Positions 37,551 to 46,420 of a DNA stretch of 64,000 nucleotides are shown piece after piece. This stretch comes from a virus. Below the pieces are notes generated by a model. The model was given only the letters and a program-made list of their open reading frames with translations, was not told where the DNA came from and did not search any database. The stretch covers positions 1 to 64,000 of the IMG/VR virus record IMGVR_UViG_3300011115_000717; one strand, 5' to 3'. A program made the translations under genes and the position numbers. The first letter of the stretch is position 1. Each line of letters begins with the position of its first letter.

Positions 37551-38177
37551 ATGAATATACATGAATTTTTTGCAGAAAACAATTTAGATGAAAGAATAAG
37601 AAATACATATTTTCCAGATTATACCTATAAAGGAACTGTCATAGAAGTTGGTGCTGCAACGCCTTCATTTCTTTCATTTTCAAAACATTTTGCCTTAAAT
37701 GGTTGGAGGGCTATTTTAATTGAACCCAATCCATATTTTGTTGAACAACATAAAAAATTATCAAATGAAATTTATGAATATGCTTGTTCTTATGAAGATG
37801 CAGATAATGTAGATTTTACTATCTACCATCAAAATATCGGTGATATAACAGACCATTCGTTTTCTTCTTTTTATTTAAAAGAAGAATATCAACTAATGTC
37901 TAATAATATTGCTCAAACTTTAAACACTACTTCTATAAAAGTAAAAACTAGAACTTTAGATACTATTATAAAAGAAACAAATATAACTAATATTGATATT
38001 TTATCTATTGATGTTGAAGGTTGGGAATTAGAGGTACTACGGGGTTTAACCATTATGAAACCTAAAATTATAATTTTAGAAAATTTATTTAATTGGCCAA
38101 GCTACAGAGAATATGTATGTAGTTTAGGTTATACCTTTGTAAAACATGATACCTTTGATGATATCTATAGTTTATGA
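37551..38177 (+). CDS. FkbM family methyltransferase
   Basis: IEVGA, GW.AILIEPNP, RTLD, IDILSIDVEGWELEVL.G. Confidence 0.9.
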   Translation: MNIHEFFAENNLDERIRNTYFPDYTYKGTVIEVGAATPSFLSFSKHFALNGWRAILIEPNPYFVEQHKKLSNEIYEYACSYEDADNVDFTIYHQNIGDITDHSFSSFYLKEEYQLMSNNIAQTLNTTSIKVKTRTLDTIIKETNITNIDILSIDVEGWELEVLRGLTIMKPKIIILENLFNWPSYREYVCSLGYTFVKHDTFDDIYSL

Positions 38178-39100
38178 ATAACATAGCATTTATTACAGGA
38201 ATTTTAGGACAAGATGGAACCTATTTACGTAAGATTCTTTTACAAAAAGGATTTACTGTTATTGGGTTTGACAGAAATATAACAGCCAAAAATAATATTG
38301 ATGATGGTGCAATAATTTTAGAAATAAATTTAACAGACCGAACAAATGTTTTAAATTTATTTAAAAAATATTATCCCTCACATGTTTACAATTTAGCAGG
38401 TGTTTCTAATGTATTTGACCCTTGGAAAAATACAAATGAAATGATTCAACATACAATACAAATACCTCAAAATTTTATGGATTGTATAATGACGGTTTCA
38501 CCTAATACAGTATTTTGTCAAGCTTCTTCGTGTTTAGTTTTTGGTAATACAGATACAAAACGACAAAATGAAAAAACTTCTCGTTCTCCTTTATATCCTT
38601 ATGGATTATGCAAAAATTTTATTGATGAATTAATAAAAAGTTATAGAGAAGAAAAGGGAATGCATTTTTGTTCTGCTATTTTATATAATCATGACTCACC
38701 ATATAGAGGAAATAAGTTTTTTATAAAAAAACTAATAAATTTTGCAAAATCATTAAAAAACAATAGAAATCAAAAAATAGATTTTTTTAGTTTAAATGTT
38801 TTAAAAGATTTAGGTTTTGCTGGAGATTATATGGAAGCGTTTTATTTAATGTCTCAAGCAAAGATTAAAGATGATTATATTATTTCGAGTGGAAAACTTA
38901 CAAATTTATTAACTGTAGTTGAACAAGTTTCCCAGTTAGCTGAATTAAATATACTTGATTATATCAATATAAATAATAATGTAAAACACAGTGAAGCATT
39001 ATTATTTGGCGATAATTCTAAAATTACAAATGAATTAAATTGGCAACCCTTGGTACAATATAATGAAATTGTTGATTTGATTTGGAATACTAATCTTTGA
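38174..39100 (+). CDS. Gmd-like extended SDR, divergent (possible 4-reductase)
   Basis: ITGILGQDG, YNLAG.S, YGLCK, ILYNHDSP.R, D.GFAGDY; QASSCLVFG replaces QASSSEMFG. Confidence 0.75.
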   Translation: MNNIAFITGILGQDGTYLRKILLQKGFTVIGFDRNITAKNNIDDGAIILEINLTDRTNVLNLFKKYYPSHVYNLAGVSNVFDPWKNTNEMIQHTIQIPQNFMDCIMTVSPNTVFCQASSCLVFGNTDTKRQNEKTSRSPLYPYGLCKNFIDELIKSYREEKGMHFCSAILYNHDSPYRGNKFFIKKLINFAKSLKNNRNQKIDFFSLNVLKDLGFAGDYMEAFYLMSQAKIKDDYIISSGKLTNLLTVVEQVSQLAELNILDYININNNVKHSEALLFGDNSKITNELNWQPLVQYNEIVDLIWNTNL

Positions 39101-39147
39101 GTGTTTATTGTATATTACTATGTATTTTTTTATAAAAAAGGATCGAT

Positions 39148-40374
39148 ATGAATAAAATGTCTTTATTGTCAATGGGAAATTTATATGTTTCAGATTTTTT
39201 AGCAGAAGGTGAAAAACCGCGTGGTGGAAAATATCCGTTAGAAATGGTTTTAGACCCACAACTTAATGCCCCAAGATTATCTACAGTTGCCCCCAGTGGA
39301 GTAATGTATGGTAAATATTGGTATAGATCGGGTATTAATCTATCTATGAAACACGAATTAAAAAATATTGTAGATACAGTTATATCACGATATGATCTTG
39401 TAGAAAATGATATTTGGTTGGATATTGCTTGTAATGATGGTACTTTATTATCATATGTCCCTAAAACTTGTATTAGAGTTGGAATTGATCCAGCTGATGA
39501 TACTTATGTTGCTGAATCAAAACAACATGCAAATGTAATTATTCAAGATTATTTTTCAGTTAATTCATGGAAAAAAACAGTTTTTGGTGATAAAAAAGCA
39601 AAAATTATTACTTCTATTGCAGTATTTTATGATTTGGATGATCCTACATCTTTTGTTAAAGATATTAAAAATGTACTTGATATAAATGGTATGTGGGTAT
39701 TACAATTAAGTTATACTCCCCTCATGATTAAACAAAAGGCATTTGATAATATATGTCATGAACATGTTTACTATTATTCTCTTGAAAATTTAAAAATCTT
39801 ATTTGATTCGTGTGGTATGAAAATTGTTGATGTAGAATTAAATGATGTTAATGGCGGATCATTTAGAGTTTTTGTTATGAACAAAGATGCAAATCAAACT
39901 TCTTATGGAACTGCACCATTACGGGATGTAGCAGATTATCGTGTTGAATCTATGTTGGCTTATGAAAAATCTTTAAATCTATCCAGTAAAAAAACCTGGG
40001 ATGATTTTATGGTAGAAATTTCTAATTTAAAAACACAAGTTGTTGAATTTATTAAACAAGCTAAAAAAGATGGTAAGCGAGTATGGGGATATGGAGCATC
40101 TACCAAAGGAAATACTTTACTTCAGTATTTTGGTTTAGATCATACTATGATTGATGCAATAGCAGAACGAAGTTCCTATAAATGGGGTCTAAAAACTGTT
40201 GGAACTAATATTCCTATTAAATCTGAAGCAGAAATGCGAGAAGAACAACCAGATTATTTACTTGTACTTCCTTGGCATTTTATTTCTGAATTTATTGAGC
40301 GTGAAAAAAATTATTTGGGTAAAGGTGGTAAATTTATTGTTCCGTGCCCAAATTTTCAAATTATTGGTATATAA
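39148..40374 (+). CDS. NDP-hexose 3-C-methyltransferase
   Basis: YWYRSG, LDIACNDG, FDNICHEHVYYYS, NGGSFR, YGASTKGNTLL, PDYLLVLPWHF. Confidence 0.9.
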   Translation: MNKMSLLSMGNLYVSDFLAEGEKPRGGKYPLEMVLDPQLNAPRLSTVAPSGVMYGKYWYRSGINLSMKHELKNIVDTVISRYDLVENDIWLDIACNDGTLLSYVPKTCIRVGIDPADDTYVAESKQHANVIIQDYFSVNSWKKTVFGDKKAKIITSIAVFYDLDDPTSFVKDIKNVLDINGMWVLQLSYTPLMIKQKAFDNICHEHVYYYSLENLKILFDSCGMKIVDVELNDVNGGSFRVFVMNKDANQTSYGTAPLRDVADYRVESMLAYEKSLNLSSKKTWDDFMVEISNLKTQVVEFIKQAKKDGKRVWGYGASTKGNTLLQYFGLDHTMIDAIAERSSYKWGLKTVGTNIPIKSEAEMREEQPDYLLVLPWHFISEFIEREKNYLGKGGKFIVPCPNFQIIGI

Positions 40375-41331
40375 ATGAAAATTGCTTTAGTTGGTCCGGG
40401 TATTATGGAAATCCCCCCTCCCCGTTGGGGGGCAGTAGAAATGGTTATATGGGACTGTGCAACCATTTTACGTAATGCTGGGCATTCGGTTTCCATTATT
40501 AATACACCAAATACACAAAATATTATTGATGAAATAAATAATGATACTTTTGATATTGTACATCTTCATTATGATGTATTTGCTTATATTATGCCTTTTT
40601 TAAAAGCAAAAGTTAAAATTATATCAAGTCATTATCCCTTTATAAATAATATTGCTCAATATAAATCTGATGGATATGATAAAGTTATAGGTCATATTAT
40701 TAATAATAAAGATTTTTATATTTTTGCTTCATCGCAAAAAGATATTAATACATTTATAAGTTATGGTGCTGATATAAATAAAACATTTTTGTGTAAATTG
40801 GGAGTAGAAAGCAATTCATATAATTTTGAAACCACACCAACATATAATAAAACTTTATGTTTTTCTCAGATTGTAGATAGGAAAAGACAACACCTAATTC
40901 AAAGTATTGATTCTATAGATTTTATTGGAAGATATGATAATTCAAACTTTACTAATATGAAAGCATATAAAGGTGAATTTGAAAGAAAAACCTTAAACAA
41001 TGAAATAACAAAATATTCTAATTTTATTTTACTAAGTAAAGAAGAAAATACTACACCATTGGTAGTTAAAGAAGCTCTTATATGTGGACTAGGGGTTGTT
41101 GTAAGTGAAGCTGTTGCTTATGAATTAGATACCAGTTTAGATTTTATTTCAGTTATAGAAGAAAATAAAATACATGACTTGGATTATATTCAATTAGTTC
41201 TAGAACAAAATAAAAAAATATCAATTTTATCCAGAGACAGAATTCGATCTTATGGTATAAATAACTTTGATATATCAAATATTATATTAAATGAATATCT
41301 TGTTAAATTAGAAAGTTTATTCAATGTGTGA
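40375..41331 (+). CDS. GT-B glycosyltransferase (GT4-like)
   Basis: IPPPRWGAVE, RKRQ, LLSKEENTTPLVVKEAL.CGL. Confidence 0.8.
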   Translation: MKIALVGPGIMEIPPPRWGAVEMVIWDCATILRNAGHSVSIINTPNTQNIIDEINNDTFDIVHLHYDVFAYIMPFLKAKVKIISSHYPFINNIAQYKSDGYDKVIGHIINNKDFYIFASSQKDINTFISYGADINKTFLCKLGVESNSYNFETTPTYNKTLCFSQIVDRKRQHLIQSIDSIDFIGRYDNSNFTNMKAYKGEFERKTLNNEITKYSNFILLSKEENTTPLVVKEALICGLGVVVSEAVAYELDTSLDFISVIEENKIHDLDYIQLVLEQNKKISILSRDRIRSYGINNFDISNIILNEYLVKLESLFNV

Positions 41332-42127
41332 TTATACTTTTTTTTATGTAGTAGGTGGAAAAGATTTATATTACGAACAATTAAAGCTATCTCTTCAAAG
41401 TTTAAAACGACTCAATAAAAAATATAAAGTTAAAATTTTAGATATTGGAAGAAAAATGACTTCATATGAAAATATAGAAGTTATTTATATAGATAAACAT
41501 ATAACAGAAGCACATGTTTTTTGGCAACACAAATATTATTTGTGTCAAATGTTGGATACAAAATATGGTATATATCTTGACTGTGATACTATTATATGCT
41601 ATGATAAGTTAGAAGAACTTTTTTTACAACTTAATGAATCTATTGGTGTTATTCCTCATTTTTATATTCAAAATTTTAATGATGTTTTAAAATATTTTAA
41701 TAATAATAAAGTTCAAGAATATTATATAAATAACCATCATACACCAAATGATTGTTTTTATACAGGTGGCGTGTTTATGTTTTCTAATAATAAAATATGT
41801 AAATCCTTTTTAAAAGCTGTTTATGATTTACATGACAATATCTATGGCAAAACCGGTGCATATATAAATGGGCTTACTGATGAAACATTTATATCTACAC
41901 TTTTAAGAAAATACTCTCATATTAAATTAAATGGTTCAAACAATCATTGTTCTGCAAACATGATGCCGTTAACTTTGTATAATGATATATTAATTGGAAA
42001 AAATCCTTTTGATGAAACCTATGAGCCTATTTTTGTATTACATGGATCTTCAGAGCGACAAAAACAAGGCCAAGATTATGATGGCTTATTAAAAGAAAAA
42101 ATTACAGAAATGTGGAATATATTATGA
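41324..42127 (+). CDS. GT-A glycosyltransferase (GT8-like)
   Basis: SLQSL, K..L...IYLDCD, GGVFMF, DET. Confidence 0.65.
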   Translation: MCDYTFFYVVGGKDLYYEQLKLSLQSLKRLNKKYKVKILDIGRKMTSYENIEVIYIDKHITEAHVFWQHKYYLCQMLDTKYGIYLDCDTIICYDKLEELFLQLNESIGVIPHFYIQNFNDVLKYFNNNKVQEYYINNHHTPNDCFYTGGVFMFSNNKICKSFLKAVYDLHDNIYGKTGAYINGLTDETFISTLLRKYSHIKLNGSNNHCSANMMPLTLYNDILIGKNPFDETYEPIFVLHGSSERQKQGQDYDGLLKEKITEMWNIL

Positions 42128-43098
42128 AAATTGCTTTAGTTGGTCCTGGTATTATGGAAATTCCACCCAAAAATTGGGGTGCAGTTGAATCATTGATTTG
42201 GGATTATTCAGAATATTTAAAAGAAAAAAATATTGAAGTAGATATCATTAATAATCCAGATCTTCATTTAGTAGCAAATCATTTAAATAGAACACATTAT
42301 GATTTTATACATGTACAATATGATGACCACGCAGGTCCTCTAAGCAAATTATTAACCAAACCATTTTGTAGTACTGCGCATTATGGTTACATTAAAGAGC
42401 ATCATTCTAATTATGGTAATTGGGATTATGTCTATCAAGGTTTTTTAAAAAGCCCAGGTATCATATCATTATCTCCAGAAATAACTAAACTCATTAAAGA
42501 ATCAGGTTATAAAGGATTTATACGTACTTTACGAAATGGGTCAAGAACTAAAGATTTTAAATTTTCTGATAATCCAACCAAAGAAGCAGTATGTTTAGGT
42601 AAAATTGAAACCAGAAAAAGACAAGCTGATCTTGCTAATGTGTGCCAAAATAAATGTATGGTGGATTTTATCGGTCCTATTGCTGATAATAGATTTAAAG
42701 AAAATAATACATGTAAATATGGTGGTGTGTGGACTAAAGCTGAGTTGTATGAAAATTTAACTAATTATCGATGTTTGGTATTATTAAGTAATGGGGAAGC
42801 TGCGCCACTGGCAGTAACGGAAGCTTTAGCTGCCGGGTTAAGTATTGTTGTTTCCGAAACCGCTGCAGGTAATCTTGATAGAACTTTACCCTTTATCTAT
42901 GTTATACCTGATGGCTGTTTAAATGATTCTGTAGTACCTATTGTACAAAAAGCTATTTGGAACAACGATAAATATAGAACAGATATTAGACAATATGCTG
43001 TAGAATATTTTGATTGGTCTGTGATCTGTGATGAATATATTAATATAGCCAAGGATTTTATAAATGAAAATTGCGTTTCTGACAATAGCCACATATAA
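42124..43098 (+). CDS. GT-B glycosyltransferase (GT4-like), paralog of 40375
   Basis: MKIALVGPGIMEIPP..WGAVE, RKRQ, LLSNGEAAPLAVTEALAAGL; start 42124 chosen from paralogy. Confidence 0.82.
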   Translation: MKIALVGPGIMEIPPKNWGAVESLIWDYSEYLKEKNIEVDIINNPDLHLVANHLNRTHYDFIHVQYDDHAGPLSKLLTKPFCSTAHYGYIKEHHSNYGNWDYVYQGFLKSPGIISLSPEITKLIKESGYKGFIRTLRNGSRTKDFKFSDNPTKEAVCLGKIETRKRQADLANVCQNKCMVDFIGPIADNRFKENNTCKYGGVWTKAELYENLTNYRCLVLLSNGEAAPLAVTEALAAGLSIVVSETAAGNLDRTLPFIYVIPDGCLNDSVVPIVQKAIWNNDKYRTDIRQYAVEYFDWSVICDEYINIAKDFINENCVSDNSHI

Positions 43099-43771
43099 AT
43101 ATGCTGCGTATGCTTTTAATTTGATTGAGAGTTTAAATAAATATGCATTTACTGATACCACAAATGATATATCTTTAATAGTTTGTAGTGATCATAACAT
43201 TGTGTTTGACAATAATAAAAGGGTAAAAGGATATGTTCAACATATTACACATATACCATTTCCGTTAATTTCTTTAATGAGGTATCATTATTACTCAAAT
43301 CTAGAATTAATATTACAAGAATATGATTATGTATATCATATTGATTGTGATATGCAGTTAAATGATGTAGTATCAAATGAAATTTTAAGTAATACTGTAT
43401 GTGTTGAACATCCTGGGTTTCTTGGTGATATATCACACGAACAACTTCCCTTTGATAGAACAAACAACAGCAATGCATATGTTTCATTTACTTCTGGAAA
43501 AAAATATTACCAAAATTGTTTTCAAGGCGGTAAAACTTCTTTATTTTTAAAAATGTGCACAGAATTAAAACATAAAATTGAAGAAGATCTTCGTAACAAT
43601 TATATTGCTTTGTGGCACGATGAAAGTTATATGAATAGATATATGGTAGATAATCCACCAGATTTAGTATTACCATTTGTATATGCATATCCAGAATTAT
43701 ATGATCTAGGACCTATTAAAAAAATTATTCATTTGCATAAAAATCATTTAGAAATTAGAAAAACAAATTAA
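43064..43771 (+). CDS. GT6 (ABO/alpha-1,3-Gal(NAc) transferase family) glycosyltransferase
   Basis: IAT.KY, YDY...DCD, HPG, AY.......YY...F.GG, A.WHDES..NRY. Confidence 0.9.
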   Translation: MKIAFLTIATYKYAAYAFNLIESLNKYAFTDTTNDISLIVCSDHNIVFDNNKRVKGYVQHITHIPFPLISLMRYHYYSNLELILQEYDYVYHIDCDMQLNDVVSNEILSNTVCVEHPGFLGDISHEQLPFDRTNNSNAYVSFTSGKKYYQNCFQGGKTSLFLKMCTELKHKIEEDLRNNYIALWHDESYMNRYMVDNPPDLVLPFVYAYPELYDLGPIKKIIHLHKNHLEIRKTN

Positions 43772-43779
43772 TAAATTAT

Positions 43780-44760
43780 ATGAAACAAAAAATTGCAATT
43801 ATAAGTGGTGTCAACGGTCAAGATGGTTCTTATTTATCAGAACATCTTTTAAGTTTGGATTATCTAGTTATAGGACTCAAACGAAGAACAAGTACTATTA
43901 CCACTGAAAGAATTGATAATATCTATAATAATCCAAACTTTAAATTGGAATATTATGATTTAAACGATGCATCTGCTTGTTACAAATATATAAATCAATA
44001 CCAACCCAACGAAATTTATAACCTTGCAGCTCAGTCTCATGTAAAGGTTTCTTTTGATATCCCAACTAACACAGTAGATGGAATTGTTCATGGTACATTA
44101 AATTGGCTTGAAGCAATAAGAAATACCAATACTTCTATTAAATTTTATCAAGCATCTTCTTCTGAAATGTTTGGTGATAGTCCAATTACAGAAGATACAG
44201 GATATAATGAAGATTCACCTTTAGTCCCTGTCTCTCCATATGCGGCTGCAAAAGTATGTGCACATAACTTGGTGAATATTTACAGAAGATCATACGGATT
44301 ACACGCCTGTTCGGGTATTTTGTTTAACCATGAATCCCCAAGGCGTGGTGAGACATTTGTTACCAGAAAGATTACTCTTGCTGCAGCCAAGATAAAACTT
44401 GGTTTACAAAACAAACTATATTTGGGTAATCTAACAGCAAAAAGAGATTGGGGATTTGCTGGTGATTATGTAAAAGCCATGCATCTTATGTTACAACATC
44501 ATATTCCAGCTGATTATATAATTGCAACGGGAAAAACACATTCTATTCAAGAATTTGTAAAAGAAGTATTTGATTATGCTTCGTTAGACTATAATGAATA
44601 TGTTGTGGTTGATTCAAAACTTTTTAGACCAATTGAAGTCCCTTATTTGCTTGGAAATTCAAGTAAAGCTCAAACCGATTTAGGGTGGAAACCTGTGATT
44701 GATATGAAACAATTAGCGCACATGATGTATGATGCAGATTTAAAATTATTACAGACTTGA
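43780..44760 (+). CDS. gmd: GDP-mannose 4,6-dehydratase
   Basis: GVNGQDGSYL, YNLAAQSHV..SF, YQASSSEMFG, SPYAAAK, GILFNHESPRRGETFVTRKI, LGNL.AKRDWG. Confidence 0.96.
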   Translation: MKQKIAIISGVNGQDGSYLSEHLLSLDYLVIGLKRRTSTITTERIDNIYNNPNFKLEYYDLNDASACYKYINQYQPNEIYNLAAQSHVKVSFDIPTNTVDGIVHGTLNWLEAIRNTNTSIKFYQASSSEMFGDSPITEDTGYNEDSPLVPVSPYAAAKVCAHNLVNIYRRSYGLHACSGILFNHESPRRGETFVTRKITLAAAKIKLGLQNKLYLGNLTAKRDWGFAGDYVKAMHLMLQHHIPADYIIATGKTHSIQEFVKEVFDYASLDYNEYVVVDSKLFRPIEVPYLLGNSSKAQTDLGWKPVIDMKQLAHMMYDADLKLLQT

Positions 44761-44784
44761 CATTTACACCATTTGTGGTATAAT
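44757..44784 (+). promoter_or_regulatory. sigma70-type promoter of gp55, probably leaderless
   Basis: TTGACA, 16 bp spacer ending TGG, TATAAT; ATG 6 nt downstream. Confidence 0.8.
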
Positions 44785-44790
44785 TGACTA

Positions 44791-45369
44791 ATGGCAAAGG
44801 ACAAAATAAAAAAATCAAAGAAACCAAAAAGCAAAGATGGAGATTACGTTGATAACTCTGTCTTGTATCAAGAGTTAGTTGAATATAAAAAGAAAAAGAA
44901 TGATGCAGAAAACTCTGGTAAAAAGAAACCAAAGTTACCTGATTATGTTGGTGACGCAATTTTAAAAATTGCAAACCGATTATCTTTTCGCCCAAACTTT
45001 GCCAATTATACCTACCGGGAAGAAATGGTATCGGATGCAGTTTTAAACTGTGTTACCTATATTGATAATTTTGATCCAGATATTTCTAAATCCCCATTCG
45101 GATATTTGACCCAGATATGCTGGTTCTCGTTTGTTCGTATAATCAACAAAGAGAAAAAAGAAAAGTATATTCAATTTAAAGTTGCTCAAAACCAAAATAA
45201 CCCAGAGTTTCATAGATGGTTTAATGAAACTTTTTCTGGAGTCGAAAATGGGTTTAAGGATGCATTTGGTATTGGTGAACCAGAAGTAGAAAAAATGGAT
45301 AAACTGCTTGAAGGTAAAAGAAAAGGTCGAAAGAAGAAGACCCAAGATGGAGGTTCCTTGAATGTGTAA
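44791..45369 (+). CDS. gp55: late sigma factor gp55
   Basis: YVDN...IANRLS.RPNF.NYTYREEMVSDA..NC..YI.NFDP..S..PF.Y.TQI....F.R.I.KEK. Confidence 0.96.
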   Translation: MAKDKIKKSKKPKSKDGDYVDNSVLYQELVEYKKKKNDAENSGKKKPKLPDYVGDAILKIANRLSFRPNFANYTYREEMVSDAVLNCVTYIDNFDPDISKSPFGYLTQICWFSFVRIINKEKKEKYIQFKVAQNQNNPEFHRWFNETFSGVENGFKDAFGIGEPEVEKMDKLLEGKRKGRKKKTQDGGSLNV

Positions 45370-46420
45370 AGCGATTATCTTGAATGATAGTCACTTTGGA
45401 TTCAAAGGTGATTCCACTGTTGTAAACGAATACTTTATTCGGTTCTTTGAGGAACAACTGTTTCCTTATATCGAAGAACATAAAATTCAATATGTATTTC
45501 ATTTGGGCGATTTGTTTGATCGCCGAAAGTATATTAATTTTAGAACTCTAAATCAAGTTCGAGAAAGAGTATTTGATGTCTTTGAAAAGTTGGGTACAGA
45601 GAACCACATTATCTGTGGAAATCATGATACCTTTTTCAGAAATAATAATTCATTAAATTCATTAACTGAAATGTTGTCCAAGTATAAAAACTGGACGGTA
45701 TATTCGGAACCAACAGACTTACAGTTTGGTCCAAACAAAGAATATTCAGTAGCATTGCTTCCGTGGATCAATTCTGAGAATGAAGATCGATCAGGTACTT
45801 TTATCAAAGAAAGCAATTCTACGATCTTATTGGGTCACCTTGAGTTAGCTGGCTTTCAAAGTATTCGTGGTGTCTTTATTGATGCGGGTTACGATCCCAC
45901 ATACTTTAGTCGTTATGAGTATGTGTTAACCGGACATTATCATGTATCTTCTCGTAGAGATAATATTCATTATCTTGGTACACAATATCAAATGGCTTTC
46001 TCAGATGTATGGGAGAAAAAAGGATTCCATGTATTTGATTTTGCAACCCGAGAACTTGAGTTCATTGAGAACCCAATGAAACTTTTTTATACCATAGACT
46101 ATAACGAAGATGAGAAACTAAAATTAGACTATGAAACATACAAAGATTCATATGTTAAAATCTTTGTAAAGAAGAAGACTAAACCACTTCCTTTTGAAAA
46201 GTTTATAGATAAATTTTATGAAGCCGGAGTTGCTGACTTATCTATCTCAGAAGAAGTTCCACAAACAACAGAAGCTCTTGATATTGATATAGAAAAAGAT
46301 ACTCTACAGTTGTTGTATGAAGAGATCAACAACATAGAAGAGAAACTTGACAAAAACTTCTTACATGATATTATCACTACAACATATCAAACTGCACTCG
46401 TAGGTGACATAGATGATTGA
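45362..46420 (+). CDS. gp47: recombination endonuclease subunit gp47 (Mre11-like)
   Basis: DSHFG, HLGDLFDRRK, GNHD, LPWI, GHLEL, GHYH. Confidence 0.95.
   Translation: MCKAIILNDSHFGFKGDSTVVNEYFIRFFEEQLFPYIEEHKIQYVFHLGDLFDRRKYINFRTLNQVRERVFDVFEKLGTENHIICGNHDTFFRNNNSLNSLTEMLSKYKNWTVYSEPTDLQFGPNKEYSVALLPWINSENEDRSGTFIKESNSTILLGHLELAGFQSIRGVFIDAGYDPTYFSRYEYVLTGHYHVSSRRDNIHYLGTQYQMAFSDVWEKKGFHVFDFATRELEFIENPMKLFYTIDYNEDEKLKLDYETYKDSYVKIFVKKKTKPLPFEKFIDKFYEAGVADLSISEEVPQTTEALDIDIEKDTLQLLYEEINNIEEKLDKNFLHDIITTTYQTALVGDIDD

Noticed and set aside
31957-44760. Island as a DNA glucosylation/hypermodification locus
   Set aside because: Families (GT11, GT6, GT25, Gmd, FkbM) are surface-glycan types and no hydroxymethylase is visible; disfavoured but not excluded
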